NCBI GenBank assembly: GCA_964473715.1
Contig: CAYYQC010000001.1
Location: forward strand, 60,674-124,673
DNA length: 64,000 nucleotides
Direction of reading: 5' to 3'
DNA from: an uncultured Gammaproteobacteria bacterium
GTDB lineage: Bacteria; Patescibacteriota; Patescibacteriia; Magasanikbacterales; UBA922
In this document: positions 27,688 through 37,154 of the stretch, one piece after another
Numbering within the stretch: position 1 is the first letter of the stretch
How the letters are laid out: every line of letters starts with the position of its first letter
Program-made: the position numbers and the translations under genes
Notes under the pieces: model-generated
Database searches by the model: none
Seen by the model: only the letters and a program-made list of their open reading frames with translations
Told to the model about the DNA's origin: nothing

Positions 27688-30291
27688 TTATTTCCCCTCA
27701 ATAATATTCGCCAATTCCAACCGAGCCGCTTCCCACACACTTGGATCATCAGACCACGACACAGGACCATTGAGGTAAGTTGGGTCAGCTGGATTTTCTA
27801 CACCTACTTCCCACATGGCTTTTGGTACTAAGCGATTAACAATTTCTTGAGTTTTAGCTGGGTTAACTTTGGCAGCCAAAGTAAGATAATCTACATCCTG
27901 AATACCACGGCGCCAGAATTTAAGACGCAAACTAGCAATTGGGCCAGACACATTATATGACTCAGTTGGGAAAATTTTATCAGTACCTGGATAAAACAGC
28001 ACACCGTCACCATTGGAATAATTCCAACCAGTAAGACCACGAATTGAATCTGGTGTGCCTGCGCCACCAAAGGTCATGGCTTGTTTAAACACATTAGTTT
28101 GACCTGTACCACCTTGTGTATTGTTGTAATAAGTAGATTCCCAATAAAACCAACGACTTACATTTTTCTTATATTGTCCCCACGCAAGTTCACGAAGCGC
28201 CACACCGTCATCATCGGTCATAAACGAACCCTGACCCGGCCGACCACCATTGTACATCATGAATTTTTTGCCAGGTGTATTTTGGTAATAATTCACAGCA
28301 TTTTGCCATATATCTGTTTCACCAAGTGTCATTCCAGAAACCACATAATCAAGACTTGGTGTTTCTACTTGCGCATGCATTGGCCACATGGTTACCATAG
28401 AAGGCACTTTACTACCTGAACCAGGATTATTATTTATCCAACTGGCCCACTGCTCAATTTGTTGATAATCCTGAACTTGAGGCTCATCAATTAAATGCAA
28501 GAAATATTCTGTGCCTGGCGCATTATTCGCAAACCAATCGGCCCAATTATTAGTGTGATTCCACATCGCAGTTTTACCTTCATTTTTCCAACCCCATGAG
28601 CCATATGGACCAATCGCGTAAACACCATTTCCCACACCAACACCAGGACCATCATACCCATTTGCAGCTGAGAAAAGTGTGCCATTTAAACGTGAAATCC
28701 AATCTGGAAATGGAGCATCTTCATTCCAAACTAATTCACTAGTTGGACTTGCATCAATTAAAGAAATTTTGTGCCTGTGAGCAAGTAAAAAATGTTTATC
28801 TCGCAAATCTTTAATTGCCGCCACTTTACCAGCGGGGTATGCTTCGCCCAAATAACGCTCATTCAAATCTTTATAACCCATGTAAAGCATGGTTTTAGAA
28901 TTTGGTTCATCGGGTAAAGCAAAATTTTTCACAGTTAACTGCACAGGAATGGTGCGAGTAATTACACCGTTTTCTTTAATGTTTACTGTGCCATTATAAA
29001 TTCCGGCTGGCGCATTTTTTGGGATATAAATATCTGCCCAAATACTTTGGTTTTTATTTGCTGCAACAGTGAATGTACTGTGGAGTTCAATTGGCACTGC
29101 GATGTCTGGGAAATTTTTATTTGCTGCCGGACGATTTACCCATTGACGGTCAGTAGCACGAAGACGTGCAGGTAGCTGTTGTTCATCATAATTACCGGCC
29201 ATAAAAGCACTGAGCCCTTTGATTTCCAAATATCGAACATAAAATAATTCAATATTTCTATCAGTCCATTGATACAAATCATTGCCAGTGGCTGGCTTAC
29301 CTTTAATGGTAAAATTATTTGGGCCAGTTAAGGTATCAAAAGAAACGGAAACATTTGCGGCCTGTGTATTTTTAGCTTCTAAAATTACATTAAAATTCAC
29401 CACTTCATTTTTGGCACCAAAAATCGAAATAGTATTTCCATTCCAAACTGAATTAGTTACATTCAAATTATTTGAAGCACGCAAATCTTCTTGTACCACT
29501 TTATCCCCGCCTTCATTGGCCCAAACTGCGGAAATGTTTGACCCAGTTGGAACTGGTGGCAATGGAGTTGGGGTTGGGGTTGGAGTTGGTGTCGGAATCG
29601 GAGTAGGTGGCGGCACAGGCACAACCACTGGTTTAGCAGAAATAAAATTAAGATTTTTAGCTAAGTTTTTATTAGCAAATTGGGCAGTGACTCGCACGTA
29701 CACTTTTTTATTATTTTGCGGTAAATTATTAATTGTCACTGAAGTATTTTTTGTAGAATATGAACCATAATCAGATTTGCCAGAACCACTACCAACAATG
29801 ACCAAATAATTATCAGCACTTTGATTGGTCCAAGTAAGCAGAGTGGTTGCGCCCGCCACTTTTTGACCAGCAATAGGCGAAATAAAAGTAACGGCCTTTG
29901 GTTTTATTACTGGTAAAGGTACTGGAACTGGAGTCGGCGCTGGAGTGATTGGTACAGTGGTAGCATTCAACACAAAATCTTGCGCCGGACCACCGGCAAA
30001 CACCCGAATATTAATTTTCGAAACAGCGGGTAAATTATCAACACGAAAGGTGGTACAAGGCGCGGAATTAAACCATTGGTAATTAGGTGATCCAACCGAA
30101 GAACCAACGGCCACTTCACAAGCGGTTCCAGTGGGTGCAGCCAAATTAATCATCGCTGTGCCATTTGCCAAAGTACTCGAGGATAACAAAGCCACATCAA
30201 CAGCTTGAACTGGAGTTACTATAAAAGGTGAGATTAGCAGGGCAAAAATTCCAATTAAGCTGAACGTAAAACGATTGAAGCGAGAAAGCAT
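27688..30291 (-). CDS. Secreted DUF4091/GH123-like protein with Pro/Thr linkers
   Basis: Signal peptide; PTPTPTP linker; GAKNEVVNF; LIDEP; NGDGVLFYPG...SLRLKFWRRGIQDVDYL. Confidence 0.75.
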   Translation of the reverse strand: MLSRFNRFTFSLIGIFALLISPFIVTPVQAVDVALLSSSTLANGTAMINLAAPTGTACEVAVGSSVGSPNYQWFNSAPCTTFRVDNLPAVSKINIRVFAGGPAQDFVLNATTVPITPAPTPVPVPLPVIKPKAVTFISPIAGQKVAGATTLLTWTNQSADNYLVIVGSGSGKSDYGSYSTKNTSVTINNLPQNNKKVYVRVTAQFANKNLAKNLNFISAKPVVVPVPPPTPIPTPTPTPTPTPLPPVPTGSNISAVWANEGGDKVVQEDLRASNNLNVTNSVWNGNTISIFGAKNEVVNFNVILEAKNTQAANVSVSFDTLTGPNNFTIKGKPATGNDLYQWTDRNIELFYVRYLEIKGLSAFMAGNYDEQQLPARLRATDRQWVNRPAANKNFPDIAVPIELHSTFTVAANKNQSIWADIYIPKNAPAGIYNGTVNIKENGVITRTIPVQLTVKNFALPDEPNSKTMLYMGYKDLNERYLGEAYPAGKVAAIKDLRDKHFLLAHRHKISLIDASPTSELVWNEDAPFPDWISRLNGTLFSAANGYDGPGVGVGNGVYAIGPYGSWGWKNEGKTAMWNHTNNWADWFANNAPGTEYFLHLIDEPQVQDYQQIEQWASWINNNPGSGSKVPSMVTMWPMHAQVETPSLDYVVSGMTLGETDIWQNAVNYYQNTPGKKFMMYNGGRPGQGSFMTDDDGVALRELAWGQYKKNVSRWFYWESTYYNNTQGGTGQTNVFKQAMTFGGAGTPDSIRGLTGWNYSNGDGVLFYPGTDKIFPTESYNVSGPIASLRLKFWRRGIQDVDYLTLAAKVNPAKTQEIVNRLVPKAMWEVGVENPADPTYLNGPVSWSDDPSVWEAARLELANIIEGK

Positions 30292-30377
30292 AAAATATTT
30301 TTAACATTATAAAACATGCAAGTGAAATGTCTCTGAATTGATAGTTAATATATCCTAATTATGATTTTTTAGCAAAA

Positions 30378-30410
30378 CTAAAAGACACCACTTTTGGTGA
30401 TGTCTTTTAG
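30378..30410. terminator. Hairpin downstream of high-GC gene C
   Basis: ctaaaagaca...tgtcttttag inverted repeat. Confidence 0.55.
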
Positions 30411-30525
30411 TTCGGGAGCAATGGGTATGCTCCGTCCCCCTCTGTAAGATGTTGGTTTAAGTGATAGAACTTTGAGCCCATCGACCGAAGTCGTTCAAAG
30501 TTCTAGAGTTTTTTCGCTCATGGTC

Positions 30526-31173
30526 CTACTCGCTCGGATTGATCTCCTGAACGTGGAGGATCTGAAAGGGTAACCAGTGCCCAACCTGCATTCCAGTGAA
30601 GGAATACTTCTGTAGGGTGAGGACAAACTGGCCCCCATTGTCCGGAATGAGCGAAGTCAGACGCAAGACATTCTCCTCGCCCACCTCCACATATGACTCC
30701 CTGGTGTCGTCGATTGGCCCGCCCATGGATACCTCGATTTGGGCGTGGTCGAAGGCCGGAACCAATAGCTCACCAGCGAAGGTGAACTCAGCGACCCGTT
30801 CAGTGGTGCCGGGATTCAGCCACTTCCACTTGAACCCGTTGGCCAGGTTCATGCGGATCGTACATGAGTCAGGACAGAACACGGTGACATCACCGTGAAT
30901 TGAGAATGGGTCGAACCAGTCGACCTCCTTCTCGACCGCCTCAGTGATGCCGTCGTGGTCGTTGTCGACCCCATCCGCCGGGGTGGCAGGCTCGTGTTCC
31001 TGGGGCGGACATGGCTCGTCGCTGTTGCCAGCGGCGAAGGCCGCGGCGGCGGCCGCGATGAGTTCCGGCGGCAGCGGGACCTTCACTTCCGGCACCGGAA
31101 CCTTAATGTCCGGGGTGCAGGCGGCGACGAAGAGGGTGAAGAGGGCGATGATGAAGTTGATGGAAACGCGCAT
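30526..31173 (-). CDS. High-GC lipoprotein with DGxDNDxDG putative metal-binding motif (gene C)
   Basis: ATG 8 nt after GGAG; lipobox FVAA-C; DGVDNDHDGITE; elevated GC3. Confidence 0.75.
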   Translation of the reverse strand: MRVSINFIIALFTLFVAACTPDIKVPVPEVKVPLPPELIAAAAAAFAAGNSDEPCPPQEHEPATPADGVDNDHDGITEAVEKEVDWFDPFSIHGDVTVFCPDSCTIRMNLANGFKWKWLNPGTTERVAEFTFAGELLVPAFDHAQIEVSMGGPIDDTRESYVEVGEENVLRLTSLIPDNGGQFVLTLQKYSFTGMQVGHWLPFQILHVQEINPSE

Positions 31174-31266
31174 TGTCTTTGCTCCGTCTGAGAAATGATT
31201 CCGGGAAACTCCCCGGCGAGTACTAAACCAACATTGTAAAGAACTGACTTTTTTTAGCAACGAACG

Positions 31267-31295
31267 AATATAACACAAAAAAGAGCCTTTGTCAA
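31267..31295 (-). promoter_or_regulatory. Extended sigma70 promoter for high-GC gene C
   Basis: Minus strand TTGACA-aaggctcttttttgtgt(17)-TATATT; -35 lies at the centre of the inverted repeat aaagagcctt/aaggctcttt. Confidence 0.7.
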
Positions 31296-31350
31296 GGCTC
31301 TTTCCTATTTTTTTGGCTTAAGTTAGCCAAATTAATGTTAAAATTTAGGA

Positions 31351-31593
31351 TTAGCGAGTACCCGTGCGCATGCCAATGCGACCTTTATTTCCTAATCCGC
31401 CACCCTTACCACGTCCCATGATTGGACCGCGAGATAACTGACCAGGACGACGCAAAGGAAAAGCTGGAGCAACTTTTTTCACCAACTTTTGTAGGTCTTC
31501 ATTTGTCGGGCTATTATTACTATCATCTACTATAGGATTATTTACATTACTGTCGTCGGCGGCGATATTATTATTAGAATTATTGATATCCAT
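31351..31593 (-). CDS. Small low-complexity protein (N/D-rich N-terminus, G/R-rich C-terminus)
   Basis: ATG in AT-rich context; co-oriented with the operon. Confidence 0.55.
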   Translation of the reverse strand: MDINNSNNNIAADDSNVNNPIVDDSNNSPTNEDLQKLVKKVAPAFPLRRPGQLSRGPIMGRGKGGGLGNKGRIGMRTGTR

Positions 31594-31612
31594 ACATTTT
31601 AATTAAATGTAA

Positions 31613-31864
31613 TTAAGCGACTTTTTTGATTTTTGGTTTCTTATTTTTTACAACTCTTTTCTTCCTTACAATTGCTTTACTTTTTGTAGCAGTATTTTCT
31701 TGGGTAACCACACTGTCTTTAAAAAATCGCATGATAGATTTTTTATTTCTCGTTCCACCACGTGGTGGCTGACTCCGCGGCACTCCACCCTGACTTCTGG
31801 TGACATTTCCCTTAAGATCTTTCTTAAAGAAATAATTGATTTTCACCTTATTAATTGGATCCAT
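31613..31864 (-). CDS. Small K/R-rich hypothetical protein
   Basis: ATG immediately after the ppsA-like stop; strongly basic. Confidence 0.55.
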   Translation of the reverse strand: MDPINKVKINYFFKKDLKGNVTRSQGGVPRSQPPRGGTRNKKSIMRFFKDSVVTQENTATKSKAIVRKKRVVKNKKPKIKKVA

Positions 31865-31865
31865 A

Positions 31866-34529
31866 TTATATACTTTGAATTGATTTAACAATACCCATGA
31901 TTACCTCTGAATCAGATGTGGTTTGAATTTTTAAAATTTTATTTTTTCCTAATTCGATTTCATATACATACAAAGGAATCAAATCAGTAACCGTTGTTTC
32001 ATCCTCGTCAACTGGAAAAGAAAATAATTTTCCTTGCAAACCACTATTAGTCATAAAATCAGTCGAACTGGTAGTGCCAAATTTATTGAGCGCAGAAAAT
32101 TTCAGTGTTTGTCCGTCAGTTTTATTTGATAACACAAAACTATCAGGTGAAAAAGTAGCTTCATACCGACGCGGATGCTCAACTTTAAAATCTGCAAAAC
32201 CAGAAACAGTAGCCGTAGTTTTTTCATTCAAAGATTTTTCCTTTTCTTCAGCCAGTGCAGTCATAATTTCCGCGCGAATTTGAGCTGGTGTCATTTGCGG
32301 CGCAGTCATAGCCTGATCCTGTCTGCCACAACCCGCACCTACCATAATAATAAAAGCACCCAAACAAGCCACCCCAGCCATACTACTAAGAAATTGCGGA
32401 CTAGTTCCACCAAAACCAACTGAACGTTCTGCTTCCCAAGCTGCGGTGCGGACCACAGATTCTTCTTCTTGAGTAACAACCAATGTTTTAATTCCACTTT
32501 TAACAGCTGACCACACGAGACGTGGTTGCGTAGCTAATAAAGTTCCAGACAAAGCCACTCGTGTGCGTTCTTTTCGTGCAGCTTTGGCAATGGCAGACAA
32601 TGCATGTTCCACGGTTTTTTGATGCGTAGGCGTAATCGTAGTGCTTCGAGTACCGGTGGTGCTTTTAACCAAAGAATCAATATTAAAAACCAATTCATCT
32701 AAATGTTTGGCAAGTGCAGAAGTTAAAATGGCATGACCTGGCAAATCAGTAGCTAAACTAAAACGCCAACCTTTTTCACGGGTCAACCCATGCTTGCCTA
32801 GCACAGCAATCATTTCTTCTAATTCTACCGATGAACGACAATATGGCAACTGAATATCAATTCCTGTAAAACCAAATCGTTCACGGGCTTGGATAAGCGC
32901 GGCACATTCAGCGGCTAAAACTGGTTCATACTGTTTGGCCAAATATCGTTCTGCGCCGCGTGCATTTGATCTGAGGCGCAATGAATTTTCAGCCTGTTTA
33001 CCACCTGGCCAATGTGTGAAAACGCGTGGCAAACTATTGCTAAAAGCCACAGTTAAACGCGCAGGATATTGTTCAGCCACAGCCAAAGCTAAAGCCTGAC
33101 CCAATAATTCTGTATATACTTTTCCATTATTTTTCTTTTTTGAAAAATAATCTAATGGATGACGTGCCTGACTTTGACCAATTAATTCATCAATGGTCAC
33201 TGACGCGCGAGTAGGACGGACTTCTGTTTTAATATTATGTTTAACCTGGATAAGAGGTTTAACTTCATAGGGCAAAGCACCACTATACACTGCACCTTCA
33301 GGCAAAGTAGTGACTGCCATAGTTACCATGGTTCCAGAGCGAAATTTTTTAGTCGCATTTTTTACTCCAGCAATAATTGGTACTAAAATATGTCGCGTTT
33401 TAGCAGAAATGCGCGCCGTATCAGGATCTTCTTCTAAAATAAAACCAGCAGCTTCCATAGCCGCAGCCTGAGAAATAGTGCTTAAATTTTTTGTAACAAT
33501 AATATTACCTGAATGAGAGATTTTAAGCGCTTGACCAGGTCGTTCCACTAACACCGATCCCACAGCAATACCTTGACCAAAAAATTCTCCTGAACCTAAA
33601 ACAGAACTAGTTCCACTAAGCATATATTCGTACAAAGATTCTTTGTCTTTGGCTTGATCAATTTCTAAATGCGTAATGGTTAGCGCGGTTTGAGTGTGAT
33701 TAAAAATTCCTGAGACCTGAATTGAACGTCCAATCTTTTGTTCCAAAGCCATAATTGGCGCGAGCATTGTGCGCAAAACTTCTTCAGAAATAATTGGATT
33801 ATTCCAATGATTAATTATGATTGCTTTTTTAGTTCCAAAAGCTGGTTTAAAAATAGTGTAATCATATGACTCGCCTTTGATCAAAATATTTAATTCTGCA
33901 ATTGACGAATTGTGATATCCAGGGTGAACAGTGCGCACAGTTAACACTGGGTCTGTATTTTTTAATTCTTCTACTTGTGTAGCCACAATGGTTAACGGTA
34001 GATGGTGTTGAGACCAACCTCGTTGCAAACGCTGACGAATAAAGCGTTCACTATAAACAGCGGACAAACCTTGTTTAATTACTTTACTTAAATCATCAGA
34101 ACCATTGGTACGCAATTTTGGAAGCCAATCACTAGAGCCAATTTCTGAATTTCCTAAATACACGGTCACTTCGGCGGCTTTATTTTTTTTCTTCAATTGC
34201 CACGAATCAGGTACATTTTGCCGTGAAATTAAACGTTGAATTGTTTGTGCCGCACTCGTAATTGCACGTGGATGATGCAGACTAAGTGGGGTAATAATTT
34301 TTTTAATCTTTTTATCTAAATTATTATTAGTCCAAAAATCTTGCACCAGTGTAGAAGAGATAACTAAACCTTGAGCACAAAGTGGGCTAACCAAATTACC
34401 AAGCTCTTTAACATTGTACGGAAGAGTTTTTTGAATTGAAGAATCAAGAGTAGAAATTTCTGAAATGGAAAAAATCTTCGTTTTGACCGAATCAGCAGAT
34501 TCTAATTTTTTAGGCGCAAAAAATTTCAT
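31866..34529 (-). CDS. Degenerate PEP synthase-like protein with C-terminal TM/lipobox and extracellular domain
   Basis: PpsA-like order of domains (G.VY.GAL, RGAERY...Y...AEC.AL..AR...G); GGxTSH phospho-His motif absent; MVGAGC after a hydrophobic stretch. Confidence 0.7.
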   Translation of the reverse strand: MKFFAPKKLESADSVKTKIFSISEISTLDSSIQKTLPYNVKELGNLVSPLCAQGLVISSTLVQDFWTNNNLDKKIKKIITPLSLHHPRAITSAAQTIQRLISRQNVPDSWQLKKKNKAAEVTVYLGNSEIGSSDWLPKLRTNGSDDLSKVIKQGLSAVYSERFIRQRLQRGWSQHHLPLTIVATQVEELKNTDPVLTVRTVHPGYHNSSIAELNILIKGESYDYTIFKPAFGTKKAIIINHWNNPIISEEVLRTMLAPIMALEQKIGRSIQVSGIFNHTQTALTITHLEIDQAKDKESLYEYMLSGTSSVLGSGEFFGQGIAVGSVLVERPGQALKISHSGNIIVTKNLSTISQAAAMEAAGFILEEDPDTARISAKTRHILVPIIAGVKNATKKFRSGTMVTMAVTTLPEGAVYSGALPYEVKPLIQVKHNIKTEVRPTRASVTIDELIGQSQARHPLDYFSKKKNNGKVYTELLGQALALAVAEQYPARLTVAFSNSLPRVFTHWPGGKQAENSLRLRSNARGAERYLAKQYEPVLAAECAALIQARERFGFTGIDIQLPYCRSSVELEEMIAVLGKHGLTREKGWRFSLATDLPGHAILTSALAKHLDELVFNIDSLVKSTTGTRSTTITPTHQKTVEHALSAIAKAARKERTRVALSGTLLATQPRLVWSAVKSGIKTLVVTQEEESVVRTAAWEAERSVGFGGTSPQFLSSMAGVACLGAFIIMVGAGCGRQDQAMTAPQMTPAQIRAEIMTALAEEKEKSLNEKTTATVSGFADFKVEHPRRYEATFSPDSFVLSNKTDGQTLKFSALNKFGTTSSTDFMTNSGLQGKLFSFPVDEDETTVTDLIPLYVYEIELGKNKILKIQTTSDSEVIMGIVKSIQSI

Positions 34530-34536
34530 GGATATA

Positions 34537-35931
34537 TTATACTGCTTTTATTTCCACAATGGAAATTTGTTGGTCATGCCCCAAAGCCACCACTGCCTGG
34601 TCCCCTGCTTTGGCCATATTTGTAGACAAAACGTATTCACGGGCCAGGGCCACCACAGTCTCTTCTGAGGCAGTGGAACCAAGCACAGGATATACTCCTG
34701 AAACCAGCGAAAGCTGACGAGCCACACGATCATTCTCTGTCACCACTACAATTGGCACTTGCGGGCGGAAATGACTAATGTGACGAGCTATCTCGCCATC
34801 ATGTGTGGCGGTGATAATAATGATGGCCCCGGTTTCTTCAGCCGCGTGCCCAACTTCCGCCGCCAAACTATCAGTATTTTGGCGAGGATCAGGTGGAGTG
34901 AGGTCATCAAACGGTGAATTTTCTGTGTCAGTGATAATTTCCGCCATCATAGCCACGGTTTCTAAAGGAAATTGACCAGTGGCAGTCTCATTGGAGAGCA
35001 TGACACAATCTGTTTCATCAATAACTGCATTGGCCACATCTGAAACCTCGGCACGTGTGGGCTGTGGACTGTTTTGCATGGAATCCAACATTTGCGTGGC
35101 CACGATCACGGGTTTTTGTGCCAAAAGCGCGGCTGCAATTAATTGCTTTTGTAAAACTGGAACATTAGCTGCAGAAGTTTCAATACCTAAATCTCCACGT
35201 GCCACCATAACTACATCTACCGCTTCAACAATGGCCTGCATGTTTGTAATAGCTTCAGGTCTTTCCATTTTCGCAATAATTTTGGTAGGAAATTCCACCT
35301 TACCCTCATGCGTAGAAATAATTTCACGGAGCTCTTGCACATCTTCTGGTTTACGCACAAATGATAAGGCAATGTAATCTACATTTTGTTTTAAACCAAA
35401 TTCAGCATCAGCACGGTCTTTTGGCGTGAGAGAACTACTTGCTATAGTCGAGTCTGGAACATTAATACCTTTATGTGAAGATAATAAACCACCATGTAAA
35501 ACCTGAGCCGTAATATGTGTGCCATTTATTTCCAAAATTTTTGTACTTACACGTCCATCATTTAATAACAAACGGTCTCCAGTCTTAACTGATTTATGTA
35601 ATTCTTTAAAATCCACAGGGAAAACTCCATCGGCATATTCATCACGGCCAGTATCAAAAATTACTTCCTCGTTATCTTTAATCTCCACACCAACTTCAGG
35701 TAATTTTCCTAAACGAATTTTTGGACCTTGCAAATCTTGAATAATGGCCACATGTTTATTTAGTTTTGTTGCAGCAGCGCGAACCATTTGCATGAGAGCT
35801 GCATGGTCATCATAACTTCCATGGGAAAAATTTAAACGCACTGCATCCATGCCTTTTTGCATGAGCTCACTAATAACCGCTTCAGTATGCGTAGCTGGAC
35901 CAAGAGTCGCAATGATTTTTGTGCGTTTCAT
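34537..35931 (-). CDS. pyk: Pyruvate kinase
   Basis: RTKIIATLGPA; RLNFSHG; DLQGPKIR; MVARGDLG; ATQMLDSM; PTRAEVSDVANA. Confidence 0.97.
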   Translation of the reverse strand: MKRTKIIATLGPATHTEAVISELMQKGMDAVRLNFSHGSYDDHAALMQMVRAAATKLNKHVAIIQDLQGPKIRLGKLPEVGVEIKDNEEVIFDTGRDEYADGVFPVDFKELHKSVKTGDRLLLNDGRVSTKILEINGTHITAQVLHGGLLSSHKGINVPDSTIASSSLTPKDRADAEFGLKQNVDYIALSFVRKPEDVQELREIISTHEGKVEFPTKIIAKMERPEAITNMQAIVEAVDVVMVARGDLGIETSAANVPVLQKQLIAAALLAQKPVIVATQMLDSMQNSPQPTRAEVSDVANAVIDETDCVMLSNETATGQFPLETVAMMAEIITDTENSPFDDLTPPDPRQNTDSLAAEVGHAAEETGAIIIITATHDGEIARHISHFRPQVPIVVVTENDRVARQLSLVSGVYPVLGSTASEETVVALAREYVLSTNMAKAGDQAVVALGHDQQISIVEIKAV

Positions 35932-36236
35932 ACTATATTTGGGACTACTAAATACTCACTTAAATTTATTCTATTATTATTTATCACAACACCTTCGCTC
36001 TGTAATAAGGTAACCTTTTGATTGATTCCACCCACATATTCACCAATATCCCCATTACTTTTTACCACACGGTGGCAAGGCAAAATCACCAATTGCACAT
36101 TTTGACGCATAACACTACCCACAGCCCGAAAGGCTTTTGGTTTACCCGCGGCCCTAGCCAATAACTGATAGGTTGTGACTTTTCCTCTTGGCACGGTCTG
36201 CAATGCCTGCCACACTTTATCACTAAATACTGACAT
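35928..36236 (-). CDS. ogt: Methylated-DNA-protein cysteine methyltransferase (single domain)
   Basis: VPRGKVTTY; RAVG; PCHRVV active site. Confidence 0.85.
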   Translation of the reverse strand: MSVFSDKVWQALQTVPRGKVTTYQLLARAAGKPKAFRAVGSVMRQNVQLVILPCHRVVKSNGDIGEYVGGINQKVTLLQSEGVVINNNRINLSEYLVVPNIV

Positions 36237-36248
36237 ATTTCATTTGAC

Positions 36249-36596
36249 CTACGGCAAATATCGGTTTACCTTATTAAGGTTATTTTCCAATTGAATGCGA
36301 GGAGTTTCAATATTATCAACATACCATTGCTTAGCTTGTCGGTAATATGGAGGTAAAAAAAATGCGGCAGCAACAAATGGCGCCAGGAGTAACATTATTT
36401 TAATCAAGCCCCAAATTTGTCCAACAAACAAACGACGACGAATCTTTTTGACATCTTTATAAATAATTTCAGACCACTGCATGTTTTGGCGAATCAAAAT
36501 CTCTAATTCATCTAATCGGTCTTCAACTTTTTTTCCAGTATTTTGGCCAAGTTTTTTGGGAGCTTCCAATGGTTGTTCAGGTGGCAAAACAGTCAT
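36249..36596 (-). CDS. Hypothetical membrane protein
   Basis: Likely start ATG 36596; coiled coil followed by one TM. Confidence 0.65.
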   Translation of the reverse strand: MTVLPPEQPLEAPKKLGQNTGKKVEDRLDELEILIRQNMQWSEIIYKDVKKIRRRLFVGQIWGLIKIMLLLAPFVAAAFFLPPYYRQAKQWYVDNIETPRIQLENNLNKVNRYLP

Positions 36597-36600
36597 ATAA

Positions 36601-37080
36601 TTATTTAGTACGACGAGATTTAGAATGCGCATCTTTTTCCAAAGACGATACTTCACTTTGAAAACCTTTTACATCCGTAAACGCTCGATAAATAGAAGCA
36701 AAACGAATGTACGCGACTTTATCAAATTTTCGTAAATGACGCATCACCATTTCACCCAAATCTTTACTGGTCACTTCGCGTTGTTTCTTTTTTTGGATAT
36801 CACTTTCAATGGCATGGATGAGCTGGTCAAACTGGTCTTCAGTTACTGGACGTTTAGTAAGAGCCTGTTGAATTCCTTTTTCTAATTTGTTTCGTGAATA
36901 TGCTTCACGTCTACCATTATTTTTTACCACCACAATATCTAATAATTCCATTTCTTCAATAGTGGAAAATCGATACGCGCATTTAGTACATTCGCGGCGA
37001 CGGCGAATAGACGCACTATCTGAAGTGAGGCGCGAATCGACCACTTTGGTTTCATCATTGCGGCAAATAGGACATTTCAT
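36601..37080 (-). CDS. nrdR: Transcriptional repressor NrdR
   Basis: MKCPIC...VVDSR...IRRRREC..C..RFST.E; ATP cone; DKVAYIRFASIY. Confidence 0.97.
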   Translation of the reverse strand: MKCPICRNDETKVVDSRLTSDSASIRRRRECTKCAYRFSTIEEMELLDIVVVKNNGRREAYSRNKLEKGIQQALTKRPVTEDQFDQLIHAIESDIQKKKQREVTSKDLGEMVMRHLRKFDKVAYIRFASIYRAFTDVKGFQSEVSSLEKDAHSKSRRTK

Positions 37081-37116
37081 ACGGGTAAATTATACCATTT
37101 GGTCCTTATGAAAACA

Positions 37117-37142
37117 ATAAAACCCTCTAGCGAAGGTTTTAT
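37117..37142 (-). terminator. Terminator after ftsZ
   Basis: ataaaacc...ggttttat inverted repeat. Confidence 0.55.
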
Positions 37143-37154
37143 GTAAAAGTCTAA

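Noticed and set aside
29550-29620. Short tandem repeats (gttggg/gttgga)
   Set aside because: They encode a Pro-Thr linker, not a CRISPR or VNTR element.
30526-31278. Longer 250-aa version of gene C
   Set aside because: The extension runs through the promoter and leader; the SD and signal peptide support ATG 31173.
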